From: Marsupella aquatica
Lineage: Eukaryota; Plantae; Marchantiophyta
DNA: 64,000 bases
Assembly (NCBI GenBank): GCA_973895155.1
Contig: OZ316894.1
Location: 9,076,234 to 9,140,233, forward strand
Reading direction: 5' to 3'
Below are positions 36,713 to 50,700 of the stretch, in pieces. The translations under genes were made by a program, and so were the position numbers. The notes beneath the pieces were generated by a model, which saw nothing but the letters and a program-made list of their open reading frames with translations, searched no databases and was not told the DNA's origin. The stretch's first letter is position 1, and every line of letters begins with the position of its first letter.

Positions 36713-39700
36713 ATTATTTAGCAAGAATGAACAATAAAATATAATAATTGTTTATGTGCGCTCTGTAAAATTTTAATTTTTACGTTCCTCTCGGCGTACA
36801 CCGAAGATTTGGCTATGAGTGCTACCAAATATAGTAATTTCTAATGTACTCTCTAGATATATATTAATTTTCTCCCCCAAAGATTTGGTTATGATTGAGG
36901 GCTATCAATTATAGGAATTTCTAATGTACCTTGTAGAAATATATTAATTTTCGAGTTCCGGCGTTGCTGCGCCGTTCGTATTATCGGTACGGTACTCTGT
37001 TTCCAATTTTCGTTCCAAAAACTGAAAAACTAGAAGAAAGAAAACAAGATTACGCTACGGAGGATGCGTACAGTACAGTAGGTAGCTGAAAGCGTAGAGT
37101 CGTAGTAGATGGCTCCGCGCGGGCGGACTTCGGGGGCGATATGGCCCGACGCGCGGGACAGGGACGGGCTACCTGCTCCAACCAGTCAGCAGTCCTGTCG
37201 CCCTATCCATCCGGTTATTAGCGTATAGCCCCCTAGTCCCCTATAGTCCCCTAGTCCTGGCCTCTGCGGTTCGCTCTCGGTGTACCGTGGTTATTGAGTC
37301 CCTCGAACTTGGGGGGGCGGTGACTCGGTGAGGGATGGAGAGAGATGGACGGACGGGGCACTGTTGATGGGCAAGTCCCGTCCCGTTCCGTCCTGTCCCG
37401 TCGCGCGTGTGTTCTTGCGTGTATTTCCTGTTTCTCGTTTCGCGAGCGGGCGTTGGTTCGTTTCTTGTGTCGAGACTACAGTACACTACTACTACTGTTA
37501 CTGTAGTAGTACTAGGCTCGAGACGAGAGCAAATTGGCAATGCCAATTGCGCTCCGAAGCGCGACGCAGAAGCGAGAAGCTCAGGAGCAGGCATGTATTC
37601 CATTTGGCGCAACGTATTCGACGCATATTGATCACGCACGCAGGGAGCGTTGGTAGCGCATTGAGCTCCGAGCCAGGCACGAAGGGAGGGAGGGCGGATG
37701 GAAGGACGAGGAGCGAGCGGGGCGGATTTTTCTGGCGGGCCGCGGATGGAAGAGTTTTTTTTCTCGACTCCGGTTGCGCTGAATTGATTCGTTCCAGGCG
37801 GGGAAAAGGTGCGGGCGAGCGGTCCGGGTGGTGGTGGTGACGACGACGTTCTGGCTTCATCATTCTTCTTCGGGATATGGATTTCAATATTCCCTTGTAC
37901 GTGTATACACGGGACTCGCTGCCTACTACGGTTTCGCCGCGGTAAATTACCCTCTTTTTTTTGTTTGCTTTTGCTGCTGCCACCATCCCCGGCTCCCGAC
38001 CGGAGTCATTGTACACATTATTGTGGCGTACCTTTTCGAGTTTATCGAAGTACGGTAATAACGGTGCAGCACCTCCGCTTTCGAGTTTTTGACTGACTTG
38101 GAATTTTCTGCTCTGGGATGCACGTCGATGTTCAGGATGTCGATGTCTTCTTCTATTTTTTCTCTCGCAGCCCGGGACTGTTCCATCATGAATTGATTGC
38201 TTTCGAATTCGGACTGTTGTTGCAGCTGTCTGCGTGCCTGCGTAGCTGGCCTTGACAACAGCCTGATAATTCGTGACAGCGATGGCGATGACCACTATAG
38301 TTCTCAGCTGAATGATCTGGACAGTTGTTACGTACGTACCTTGAGCATTCTTCCCGTGATCTTTAGACTCGTTTCCTACCGATTGCATTCCTTTTCTATT
38401 ACTGCTGTGGGCCGCTACCCTACTCCTCATGACCGTTTTGGATCCGGAGCCCTCGCTGCCTTCCCATCACATCTCTCTCTCTGAAGTTCTCAACCAACAC
38501 TGATTTCCTGGACCTTCAGTCCCCTGTTTGGCGTGAGTCTCATCCGTCTCACCGACTGCCCCTCGCGATTTGCCGTTATAAATGATTATGCAACGTAGCG
38601 CTTCTTCCTTCCAATCACATTTGTTTCACAGTTCTGAACCAGCACTTATTGACCTCTGTACCAACTATAACAGTTCCATTATAATTGCATGACTCGGTTT
38701 GCTCCTCGTCACGTGGTTTTCATGCTTTTCATACATTTCCAACTGGCATTTCCATTTTTCCTCTTGATTACTAGGCTTCACATTTTTCGAATGTGTTGAG
38801 CAATTGTAATTTCTTTAACTGCAGGTTTTCTGTCGCGCCGGATCCTTCTCGTTCATCTCGTGTCCATCCCGTCCACTAGAACATCTCTCCGAGGCCCACT
38901 TCTTGGATTTATTCATAAGTAATTTCGTGTAACTCTGTCCGTATCCTTCTGCTTCAAAGTTCAAGAAATGTATATTCTCTTCTGCCTCGCAGCCTTTCTC
39001 TCGACCTCATCCTCATACCAAACTCAGGGCTGCAATTTTCCCTTTGTTTCAGACAGTACCTCAGTAGCGGTCGCCTTCTATGTATCTCACGTCGTCCGGT
39101 GGTCTATAACTTTCCCTTCCTATTCATGCCTTCCTTCTCTTAGGTGTTTGCAAATGAGCTTCTTTGTATGTACGTTGTTCCTGCTGAATGTTGCGCGTAC
39201 GCAACTTTGAGGTTTATATCTTGGTTGTATTAGCATGTCTCTATTCTATCATGCTGTTTGCGTATCGCTTTCCGGGACTCTACGCATGAATCCTATTGGA
39301 CAAGGAGCAGTTCCTTGCGTTGTGCTGCTCTCGATGCTCTCTCGCTGTACCTATAGAAGTTGTCCTGGAATACAGCTGATCATCATTCTGATACGTATGA
39401 TTTGGTGGATCTGCAGGCTGCTGGGGGAGAGAGACCTCACTGCGAAGGGAGGAACGCTGAACTAGTAAACGTGCTTTGAACAGACAGAAGCCTGGTCAAT
39501 TTTGCCTGCTCCGATTGATCAGACGAGCTAGAGGGAGAGTTTGCCGTTCCATAGGCTAGTAAGGTTCGTACAGTGTGAGGCCCGAAATTTCGCTGGGTTT
39601 GATAAACCCTGGATGACTAGCAGTAACAGGAAGGTCATCTCGAATCGACGTGTGCTGCGCCAATGTGGCATGTTGGAATGAATGGCTACGCCATTGAACG

Positions 39701-39805
39701 AAACCTGAGCAAGTTCTGTGAAGGTGGCGAGGCAGACGTCGATTTTGTCATGCGGATAACACGCTAACAGCACCTTGCACGGGACCTTAACGGGCCCGAG
39801 GCACC

Positions 39806-42800
39806 ATGTACCGAAGCGGCTTGCATTCTTGGTTTTGGGGAATGCTTATTGTGTCGTTCTTGGCGAGTGGCCCCGTGTCGTCATTGTCGTCTGATGGGAA
39901 CGCTCTTCTTGCCCTCAAGGCGTCACTATATGACAGCGTTGGTTCCCACCTGAGCAGCTGGATAGAGACTGATGCAACTCCTTGTAACTGGATAGGCATA
40001 AGTTGCAGCGCAGATCTTCTGGTCGTCGGGATAATTCTTCCCGATCTCAATCTCTCCGGGACCATATCAGACGAAATTGGACATATCGTCACTCTGCAAA
40101 ACATCTCTCTGGGGAACAACAATATTTCAGGCCCAATTCCGTCGTCCATCTTCCATCTCGCGGAGCTTCGGTATCTCGATCTTCACGGGAACTACTTGAC
40201 TGGTACTATTCCATCGGGTTTCCAGAATCTCATGAACCTCGAATATTTGAATCTGAATAACAACTTTCTTATTGGTGGAATTCCGGAGGACTTCGCAGGC
40301 CAAACCGTCATCTGGTATCTAGATGTCAGCGGAAACAACGCTCTGGGCAGCAAAATTCCGGCTGGCATTGGAAGCTTGAGCAATTTGAGGTGGCTAGATA
40401 TGGACACCTGTGGTCTCGTAGGGGAGCTACCGCCAGAGCTGGGAAACCTGACACATTTGGAAACCCTTTATTTGCAGGTGAATTATTTGGAGGGACCAAT
40501 TCCGGCCTCTTTTGGAGGTTTGGAGAGTCTCCAGACATTGGACCTCTCCTATAATCAACTTACAACTCTACCTGGGGAGCTTGGTAATCTTCGAAGCATT
40601 CAATTGATTCGACTCTTAATGAACGCAATATCGGGCCCCATTCCCCCCGAGCTCGGGAAGTTGAATAGTACTTTGGTGAATTTAGATCTGGCTAATAATC
40701 ACCTTTCTGGAACTATTCCGGAGGAAATTGGAAGTCTATCTCTTTTGATTCTTTTGCATCTCAGCGACAACAATTTGACCGGGACGGTTCCAGAAAGCAT
40801 AGCTGAAATGACTTCCCTTGAGGACGTATTTCTGTACGACAATCTTTTGACTGGCGAATTACCGGCAAATTTGGGGCGGAACCAACCACTCAGGAAGTTG
40901 GATACCTTCAACAACTCGTTCACAGGTTTCATACCTCGTGACCTGTGCAACCAAGACAAACTTGAGAGGCTCATTCTTTCAAACAACTGGTTTTCAGGTG
41001 CGATCCCTGAAACTCTTGGTAGTTGTCCGAGTCTTTTCCGCCTACGCCTGGACAATAACGCGCTTAACGGGACGATACCGCCGAGTTTAGGGAATTCGAG
41101 ATCTTTGAATTACACTGACCTGAGCTATAACGAGCTCACAGGGTCCATTCCGGAGGAACTGGGCAGCTGCTCATCCCTTGGGTATCTTTCTCTTACTGGA
41201 AATCAGCTGACTGGAAATTTACCTGTTGAACTAGGTAACCTTGTCAGCCTCACTCATTTCGAAGCTGCGTACAATAATCTCACGGGGAACATCCCAGTCG
41301 AGCTATGCTCGACCCGAATAAGTCTCTTGGATCTTAGTTTCAACGAATTGTCAGGGCAACTGCCGTTCGACATCAGCAAATGCCGAGATTTGACGCAGCT
41401 AATTCTGAACGGCAATCAACTTTCAGGGATGATTCCTCCTACCTTAGCCAACATGATCTCCCTGGGCGAGCTATATCTCGCACATAATGATTTGGGGGGC
41501 CCGATCCCGCCTGAGCTTGCCACATCCCACTTGCAGAAACTGGACGTGTCTTACAACAATCTCACGGGGCCGGTAACTCGGATTGGTTTCTTTGGAAGTT
41601 TGAACGCTAGTGACTATCAAGGAAATCCAGATCTCTGCACAGGCGTTCCAGAACTCCAAACCATACTGAAGCCGTGTATCTTTCAAGGCAACTGGCCTGA
41701 GATTGCCCAATCGGGCAACGATAAGGGGACCGGACTTGTATTGATCTTGAGCATTCTTGCGGGTGTTTTGCTTCCCCTCTTGAGCTTTGTAGCCTTATGT
41801 TCTTGTTACTTCTTCTGTCAATCAGAGAGATTCAGGAAGTTCCGTGCCCAAAAGTATAGCGTGGGTAACAGTTGGACTATGACCATGTTCCAAACGGTTC
41901 CAGACCTCACGTTGGACGACATTTTACGCGCGTTGGATGAAAATAATGTGGTCGGAAGTGGCGGATCTGGGAAGGTTTACAGGGGAGAGATTCCAGCCGG
42001 GAAGATGTTCCGTGGTAGGACACGGCTGGAGGACCAGTCATTTGTTGTAAAAAAGCTGAACCGATGCTATACGGGAGAAGGCGATGTTCTAGATGATCAT
42101 GGATTCAGGGCGGAGGTAGAAACTCTAGGTAACATTCGTCACAGCAATATTGTGAAGCTACTGGCCTGCTGTGCTGATGATGACACTAAGCTTTTGGTTT
42201 ACGAGTATATGCCCAATGGTAGTTTGGCTGACCAGGTCCACGGGCCCAAGGGAGGAATGCTGGACTGGGAAACGAGATTACAGATTGCATTGGGTGCCGC
42301 TCAAGGTCTTTCGTATTTACACCACGATTGTGTCCCTCCAATTCTTCATCGAGATGTCAAGTCTAAAAATATTCTACTAGATAGCGATTTCAACGCTCGG
42401 CTCGCCGACTTCGGACTTGCGAAGCTAATGCAAGACAACCAGCAGATGCATACAATGTCCCATGTCGTAGGCTCCCACGGCTACATCGCACCAGGTAAAT
42501 AATCATGATCCTGCTCTCCAAAACTCACAGGTTTCGTAGATTTATTACTTTTCTCTCGTTGATGGCTCCAAAGATTTTGAGGGTCGTGGCAATAATTCAG
42601 TCAATTTTGCATTATCGTTCTTAGAAAGAAATTAACTCGCCATGGTTCAGTCTACAACCGGTAGCACCGGTATCGCGAAGTTCTGTTGACAGCGCTTAAT
42701 CAACGTGGAGAATTGTCTGCATGACTCCTCTATGGAATTGATGCACTTCTAGGACTTCTTCTAGGCGTTCTTTTGTAGACCACTTGAGCAAAGGATAGTT

Positions 42801-43673
42801 ACCGAGAAAACAGAGCCGTACTGAGTACAGCAGTATCCTCGTCTCTACATGGGAGGCAGAGTCTGACACAGATTTGACCTCTGACCAATCTGCAGCTTTT
42901 TGTACAATATGGGCCCTCCCCAACGCATTCCTTCACTGCGGCGACTCACGCATTTTAAATTTGTCGTGGAATTTTGCGACTTAGGATTCCTTCTCACATT
43001 CGCTCACCTACCCACATTTAGTAGCTAGGCTACCTCGTACCGTTCTGCGGTAAAAATGGTTACCCCCCTAGAAACTTACTTGAGTTTGTTTTTGTTTAAT
43101 GCTACCGCTGGACTACTGCTGATATGGAAGAGTCCTTCGATAGGATTCCGCTTAACTCAATATCGGCCAATTTCTGACGTAATTGTCGGGTCGGCTCGTG
43201 GTTGGTCGGCTCGCGTTGTGTGCGCAGAATTTGCTTACTCCATGAAGGCAAACAAGAAAAGCGACGTGTACAGTTATGGTGTGGTTCTGTTGGAGTTGGC
43301 GACCGGAAGGAGTGCGGTGGAAGGAGATGATCACGCAGATCTAGTAACTTGGACCCAGTGGAGGATACGAGAGAAGCACGGTTTGTTGAACTCTCTGGAT
43401 AAGCGATTGGGCCACATCCCACAAGAAACACAAGAAGAGATGATGATGGTACTCAGAGTCGGCCTCTTCTGCACTAACGCGTCTCCTTCCCACAGGCCCT
43501 GCATGCGAGACGTAGTAAGAATGCTCGTTGATGTCAAAATTAGCTCAAACATTCCAATCGGGTACGAAAACAAGACCAGGGCTGCAAAGTCGCAGTTGCT
43601 GCCAACCCTCTCTGTAACAGGTCCAATCAGATTTCCCCCTACTATCCCTGATCTCACTCAAATCTCTCCTTAA
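39806..43673 (+). CDS. LRR receptor-like Ser/Thr kinase, LRR-XI type (CLV1/BAM/HAESA-like), ~1044 aa; exons 39806-42494 and 43228-43673
   Basis: Signal peptide, LRRNT (PCNWIGISC), about 21 plant LRRs (LxxNxLxGxIP), GNPDLC cap, TM helix, and kinase motifs GSGGSGKVY, HRDVKSKN, DFGLAK and GSHGYIAP|EFAY with the canonical phase-1 intron (GT 42495, AG 43226-27). Confidence 0.95.
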
Positions 43674-46600
43674 TTCCTCCTCTAATTCGCTCGATATTTT
43701 GTATACTAAGCTTCCCAAGCTCAATCTTAGTGGAGCCAACCATTTAGACTAGAAATCCCATCTTCTTTTGTGAACTCCCTTCCCACACATTCGAGACCAC
43801 TAAATTGCGGATTGTAAGCACCGTCGAGCATTGACCCGGCTGTCTGACTGCATGCACTGTGGCATTATGGCTGTCACAGCCAATCCGAAGTTACTCGATA
43901 TTTAGGATACACATGTTGCTACACTTGCCGACGGTTCTGTACGCAGAACCAATTGTACACAACCCATTACAGGCCTCATTACGACTAGCAAAGTTAGGTA
44001 CTTAGGCTCCAGACAACTGCTATGGTCTAATGTATCATGTATTATAGTATCTGCTCCAGCCGGATAGGAATCATTCAAGGCCATTCGAAAGCTCTCAATG
44101 GTCCTCGACGGTCCAAGATGTGTCCCATAGCAAAGCAAGCTGTCGGGTTGGAGAGCACTGCTAATCCTCAAGCAGGCTATACCGTTCTCACATGCATCCT
44201 TCCTTTTGATTCAATTGTACACTATTTGTCAGTTCTGCGAGGTATTCTATAAAGCAAGCTCAACGCCAATTCACCATTGTCTATTGATCAGTTTCCGGTC
44301 CTTGCAGACGTGAATATGAGAGGCTAAGTCCAGCACTATGGCAAAGTTATTGATTTTGTTATCGAGATGAAAGATATATCACACGGATTCTTGTTTTGTG
44401 CATGGAATCGGGTTCTTCCGTCTGAAAGTTCCAACTTACACTAAGGAGAAGCCAGAGGAGGGACCCATGTTTTTTTTCCTTTAATTAATATTCAACTTCA
44501 ATTACACTAAGGAGAACAGTGCACAGAGGAGGGAGCCATGAGGGAGAGTCCAACCCAACATCGAGCGCAGGCAAGAGCCAGGGCAGTGAGAGAGGAAACT
44601 TTCTTCAGCAACAATTCATCACCCAATTACTCTCAGCAGAACGTATTCCCGCCCGCCTCGCGGTTTTGGCATTTGGCATTTAGTTTTTGTTAAGGCAGTT
44701 TGACACTTTTTGTTCTTTGACGGTGTGATCTATATTCTCGTTACACAAGGGTTGGACTCCTTAGTATGCGCTGGGTTACGTAATGCGAACAGGATTTGCT
44801 ACAGAACAGTACTGAACCTGATTTGGTGGATGTAATGCCAGGTGTGAGATTTGTTGAGTATAAGTTCATCCGTGAGGAAAACTGTGGCTAAACTTGAAGA
44901 TTATGTTCCAGTGTTATCATCCGGTAATTAAAAACGTTAAGAAGCCAACCATGTGAGACACTTTGGGTCTCCAAAATCCAAATCTCTACTGACCTTACTT
45001 AAAAACTTCATGTTCTCCCAATCTAACTCACAACGCTCTCTGTAAAACTCAGTAAACGCCTTTAATTGGCCACGAAACCTTCAGGCAGAGAACTGTCATC
45101 ATGAAAAACTCACCTGACGTATCTAATGACACAAAGTGCACACTCCTTGGAAATTGCGATTAGTTTGATTAATGCTTTCGATCTTTGGATGACATGCGCA
45201 TTTTGAAGCAAGGACTTTATTGTAGTACTTCTGGGTACTTAGTACAGGACGGCGTGTAAGAGTATATTAACGTACAGGTGAAGGACATCTCCGAAGGATG
45301 GACCTTTGAGACGCTGAGACACAGTTGGAAGAAATCATTCCTCTTTCCGTTCGGTATGGCGTGAGGGTGTGATAAGCAAACCACTAGTACACAACTACTG
45401 TACACACTGATCTTCGAAACTGTTGGGGCTCATATCAAAGTTGGCTATTTAACATATCTAGTGCGGGATAGCAGGTACAGCTCAACCTCCATCCTGATTC
45501 CAAATCGTACTGAAATTTGAAAGCCTACCGTCCTTTGTTCATCCTAGCGTGATGAGAATAATTAGTTCCCACACAAATCATTCAATGTTTGGATTCGAAA
45601 GAATCGAGCTCGCACAAGCCAGAAGGAAATATTTTCTCGAGCCATTGCACGCGAGTGAGTGAATTGTTGCTGTACAGCATTGACTTGATTTCACACAAGC
45701 TTAAGAACTGGTTTCCAGAAGAGCAGACGCTTCCCGAGAAGAATTGTAGGTACGAAAGCACAATATTAGAATGCAACTTACACCATCTAACATAAGTAGA
45801 ATCGATTTTTTAATTTCACACAAGTCTAGCAACATTCGACGAGCCGGAATTGTCTCACACAAGCTGTGCCTTGAGTGGATGTTTTATTGCCATAATAAAA
45901 CTGCTTTATAGTCCATGTTCAACGAGCCAACGAAACTCACCTTGAATTTATGTCACACAAACTTGATAGGTGCTTCACTGATGTACTCAACCGACGAAAA
46001 CCGTAGCTGAAATTCATTCACACCACTTTGAGAAACGACCGATTTTGTGCAGGCCAACAAGTTCCACACACAATTCCATAAAAGGCGTCACAGACACGTG
46101 TTGGAATGATTCGGAATACTCAATGAACTTTGGAATACTCAACGAAACTAGTTTTACGCACTACTGTATGACAAACAAATTGAGTGCAAGACCTTTCTCA
46201 CATGTGCCAAGCTAACTTCGAGCCTACCCTAGCAACAGTTTTCACACCATAATTATACAGATACTGGGTGGTGAGTCACACATGAAGTTCGTGAGCTTTT
46301 TCGATTTCATTGGAACCTGGTTTAATGGAGTTGCTGCTCTGGAGTTCATATATGACTGCAGAACTAATTGGTGGGGGCGATGGCAGGAGTCAAACCAAGC
46401 ACCAAGCTATCTTTTGCGTGGGAGTCCCACCAAGCAAAACATTTTGCTAAAGTCAGATCCCATATCGTGGGCTGGACACTATTTGTCAAAATTAAAGTGG
46501 GTCTGAAGAAAGCTACTGTAGTCCTTTCATTGAGATTTTGTCTGTTGTTTGGGCTCTTGGAAGCACAAAAGTCTGTAACTTTATTCAATGCTTGGAATCC

Positions 46601-47727
46601 AGGAAAGACTACCGGTACATGTTATACCTTCTAATTTATTGTCTTGGAGCTTCAATATAGTTGACGATTGTTTACGATGAACGATATTCAAGTGACATAC
46701 CCTTTCAGTCCAAGGGGTGCAAACTTGTGCCAAAAATTATACTCTTATTATAAATAAATAGTTTCTTACTTGTATAACTTCAGTGTCCTTCCCACGCCCA
46801 TCCATCACCGTTTTGACTTTGAAACACAAGGAGCATCAGGTTCGTTATAACCATGTCTTTTAATACCGAAGTACAGAATCTGAAGCTCTCATAGACCACA
46901 GTGTCTCACAAGATGCTCGGATGGACTGTTGCAACCCACATGGACTACTCTAAAATATTATTTTCACTCAGATAGCATCATTCCTTTGCATATATTCTCA
47001 TCTTTCTGGGTGCCAAGAAAGTGCTGGGTCCATTGGGGTCCTGGGGTCAAACATTGTGGTCCATCTGAGCATCAACTTTGCTATTTCAAAGATATTTTGA
47101 AGACCTCTAAACCTAAGGGGTCAGAAAACTTTCAAGGTATTAATCTTTGATACCAAGAGTTATGTTTCTTTGTTACGTATGCTTGTTTGGTTTCCCATTA
47201 TTTAATATTTGACTGCTCTCATTGCTGCCTGTCATTCTTACTACCAGGATTTTCATTGATTAATATTTCAATCTGAATGTGCTTATGGGGTGCACGATCT
47301 CTTGAGGATGACCTCTAGAAAGGAGAAAACCTAAGAGACTAATTGCATGAATTGGTCAGACAACTACAATTTCATTGCTTCTAAGTAGCTACGTTTCCAC
47401 CAGACCCCAAAATTGAGTTATATTGTATGACCTTGTGTACAGAACCCTACTGGGTGACCTATAGGCTGCACGTTATGTTCATTAATTACAACCTCCATAT
47501 TCCACCAATAATTATTTACTATACCTTTGATATTCGACAAATGGTTCTAAACGATTCTGAAGTTTCAATTGTGCCTAGCCTGATGGCATATTGGCATTCA
47601 TTTGATTCTTGTGGGAAGTCTCCGATAAACTCAAAAAACTATAGCAAGGAAAAAAAGTTTGATTCATATTGAACATTCTACTTTGATGGCCCCTAAGCTG
47701 ACTTAGATTCTTTAGTACGTTTTTGTA

Positions 47728-50700
47728 GGTGGACAAGCCCAAATCAATGAGACTAAATAGTGTGGAACCCGTTTGGCAGTCATGGTTGAGAATGCCAAAT
47801 TGGAGAAAAGAGGCATTTAAAAAGCTCTATGTGACACATAGCAAAATTTCAAGTGATGCAGGACATCCATGTTCCTTTGAAATTGATCAACTGGGCAATC
47901 AACAATGGCCAATTTTCCTTCATTTGGATACCCTTGAAAGTGTTGTAGTTGCATTTGGTTGTCATGATTTTTCACTTATGTAATAGCCATGGATGCTATT
48001 TGAATTTGGCAACAATAACCTGTACTCTGGTCACAACCATCACAATTGTCTTCATCCTCAAAGTCCTTTCAAAAACCAACTTAGAGTGTTGGAGTGTAAA
48101 CCCCAATGAAGAAGGAGAAGACATAATGCAAGCTACAAGTGGAGACTGTCCTGTTTTGGTTCCCCCAATTCATTTTCTCACTGACCCATCAGGCACAAGA
48201 GCATCCTCACTAGGTCAAGGATCAATATTGGGGGAAGAAACCTTGGAAGACCTAGATGAAAATTTTCAAAATGATTGGGGTACACCTAATTGGACACAAT
48301 TAAGAGTTTCTCCCATTGACCAACCCTCAGTGCACTACTCTTCTTCACCTGCTAGTGCTAGTCAAATTGGTGCCAGGTTTTCTCTGAAGGTGGAACCCCA
48401 CACTAACAGTTCTGTGCTTTCTTTCTTCACTTTTGAATCAAGACAGTCAACTCCTCCATCCTCCCAAAAGGATCAGTTTTCCATGGAGAGCTCAATTGTA
48501 GACAAAAGGAAACAACGAAAAGCTGCATGTAAAATCTATCCTTTTTGTTGAAATTTGAGCAACTATATATATTCGAGACTATATTCAAACAACCAAAGCT
48601 ATTTAAGTACTTAAAGAACCCACTCGGAAATATTGCATTTGTGTAGAAAACACATGAAAAAATCTTGGCTCAGTATCTCCCATTCCCATGTTAGAACAAA
48701 CCAAAAGAACCATAAATAATTTATAGGAAAGGAAAAAAACAAAATACAGTATTCGAACGGTTTGTGAACTAAGTGCTTATGGGAAAGGTGATCAAAGTGA
48801 TAATTAAACCATTCAAATTTTACAAAAGTAGTACAGCTGTTGGGACCTACTGCAATATGGTCTCAAAGCTTGTTTGATGATTTAATAGTACATTTTTCAC
48901 AATCACATTTGATCAGCCGCTGACAAAATTTGGATTGATTATGAATGGTTTTTCCCAATTATGATCTGCTTGTGGTTGGGATAGCTTCAAGAAATCCAAC
49001 AAGTCTACCTCCAGCTAAACGACTTATTAAGAAACAAGACCAAGGATTCTTTTCACCTAAATCATCTGCTAGAAGTGCTTTAACATCAGCGTTTCAAACA
49101 AAACATACCAAAGAAGTAGAAACATCTGGACGCCAATATTTACGTCGAAAACCTCCACTTTATTCTATGACCACTACTCTTCCTTCTCGTTCCTCAACAA
49201 CAATGATAGGACAAAAAAGGAATGGTGGTATTATGTCAAACTCCAAGCCTCCAGTTCCTTCTCAGCCTGCAGCTGCGTCCAAACTTATCACCATACCCAA
49301 TTCTATGTTTGTTTCATATCCTGTACACAAACCTTGTCCTTTGGCTCCAAGTGAGCAACCAGGTTGTCCTTTGCCTCCATATTATCAACACAAAGTTAGA
49401 CAACCAAGAACTAAATACCTTGATTTAGCTGTGGAGGAAGGCTTCCCCAAATATAAACCTTCCAAACACTCTTCCAAACAAACACAACAAAGGGATACAG
49501 CTCCCAATGAGAGGTCTAAGCATATAACTGTAGCTCATCCCCAACATCACAAAAGCTCACACCCACACCTTCTATCCAAATTATTGCTTGACAATGAAAA
49601 CTCAAGGTGTGATGGATTACAGACTTTGGCCAACATATCTTCTGGGCCAAAATTGGAACCAAACAATCAGTTTGTTTGTTGTCCTCCCACAAATGTTGAA
49701 TCTAAAGGTGATGAAGAGGCTCAATGCCAGTTTGTGAAGAGTCACACTCAAGCCCAACAAGAGAATCAAAATAGCAGTGGAGACTCCACTCTAAGAAATC
49801 AGTGTAATGATTGTCAAATAGTGCATGCCAATGCTTCACACTTGGATTTTGCAATGTCAACTGCAACAAGTGCAGTCATTGACAATAACAATGTTGCTAC
49901 AATTGCTTCTCTACCTTGTGTTGAGCTGATACCAATAACTACAATGGCAATTCCAGAGCACAACAATGGGGAAATCCATGATGTCATTTTCACTCATCCA
50001 AGAACAAATGGTCGGCAGACTCATCTAAGATCCAAGCAAGCATTAAGCAGTCTTGTTCAAGAATCTGATTGCACTTGTGGGACTACTCCACCGTCCAACA
50101 AACTTCAGAAAACCCATCCATGCCAAGACTACAACATTGAATCAGAAACTATACAAGTAACTCCTTTAGAACACATTTGTGGTTCGAGCGGACTTGTAGC
50201 CACATCTGATGGATCCAGAGATACTTCAAGAGAACTGGTTGTGAATTCTTCACATGAACAGGTTTGTACATACTGTGAAGAAAACATTAGGGGCACAACA
50301 ACTAGATCTCAAGATCTAAATCACAATCACATACAACAAAAAGGCAGTCACATTGAACGACAAGTTCCATCCTTGCACCTTCGGCGTTGTAAATCTCCAT
50401 CATCAGGTAGGAGGCCTTGGACAGATGGAGATATCAGGTCCTCATTTTATTTTGCTCATTGTGAAGCATGTAAGGCTTATCCTCGGTACAGGAACATGTA
50501 GATCATCATCAACTTCTCAAAGACAAGTTGGCCTCATTATGATGGTGAATCACTCTACTTTTTAGCATTACAAAATTGATCACTAATATAATTGTTTCTT
50601 GAAAATGATTGTGCTTCTATACATGATCATTTATTTGCTGCCATTCAATTCATAATGAATAATGTGTCCAGATAGTCTGACTTCATAGCTGTGCTTAGGT

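Noticed and set aside
37577-37597. miR390-like AAGCTCAGGAG
   Set aside because: Only the first 11 nt match, and I saw no supporting hairpin.
37498-38430. 310-aa minus-strand ORF
   Set aside because: GC-rich, low-complexity, no domain, and antisense to the probable RLK leader. Likely spurious.
43056-43227. N-terminal part of the 205-aa ORF
   Set aside because: Intronic. The true exon begins at 43228 after TGCGCAG.
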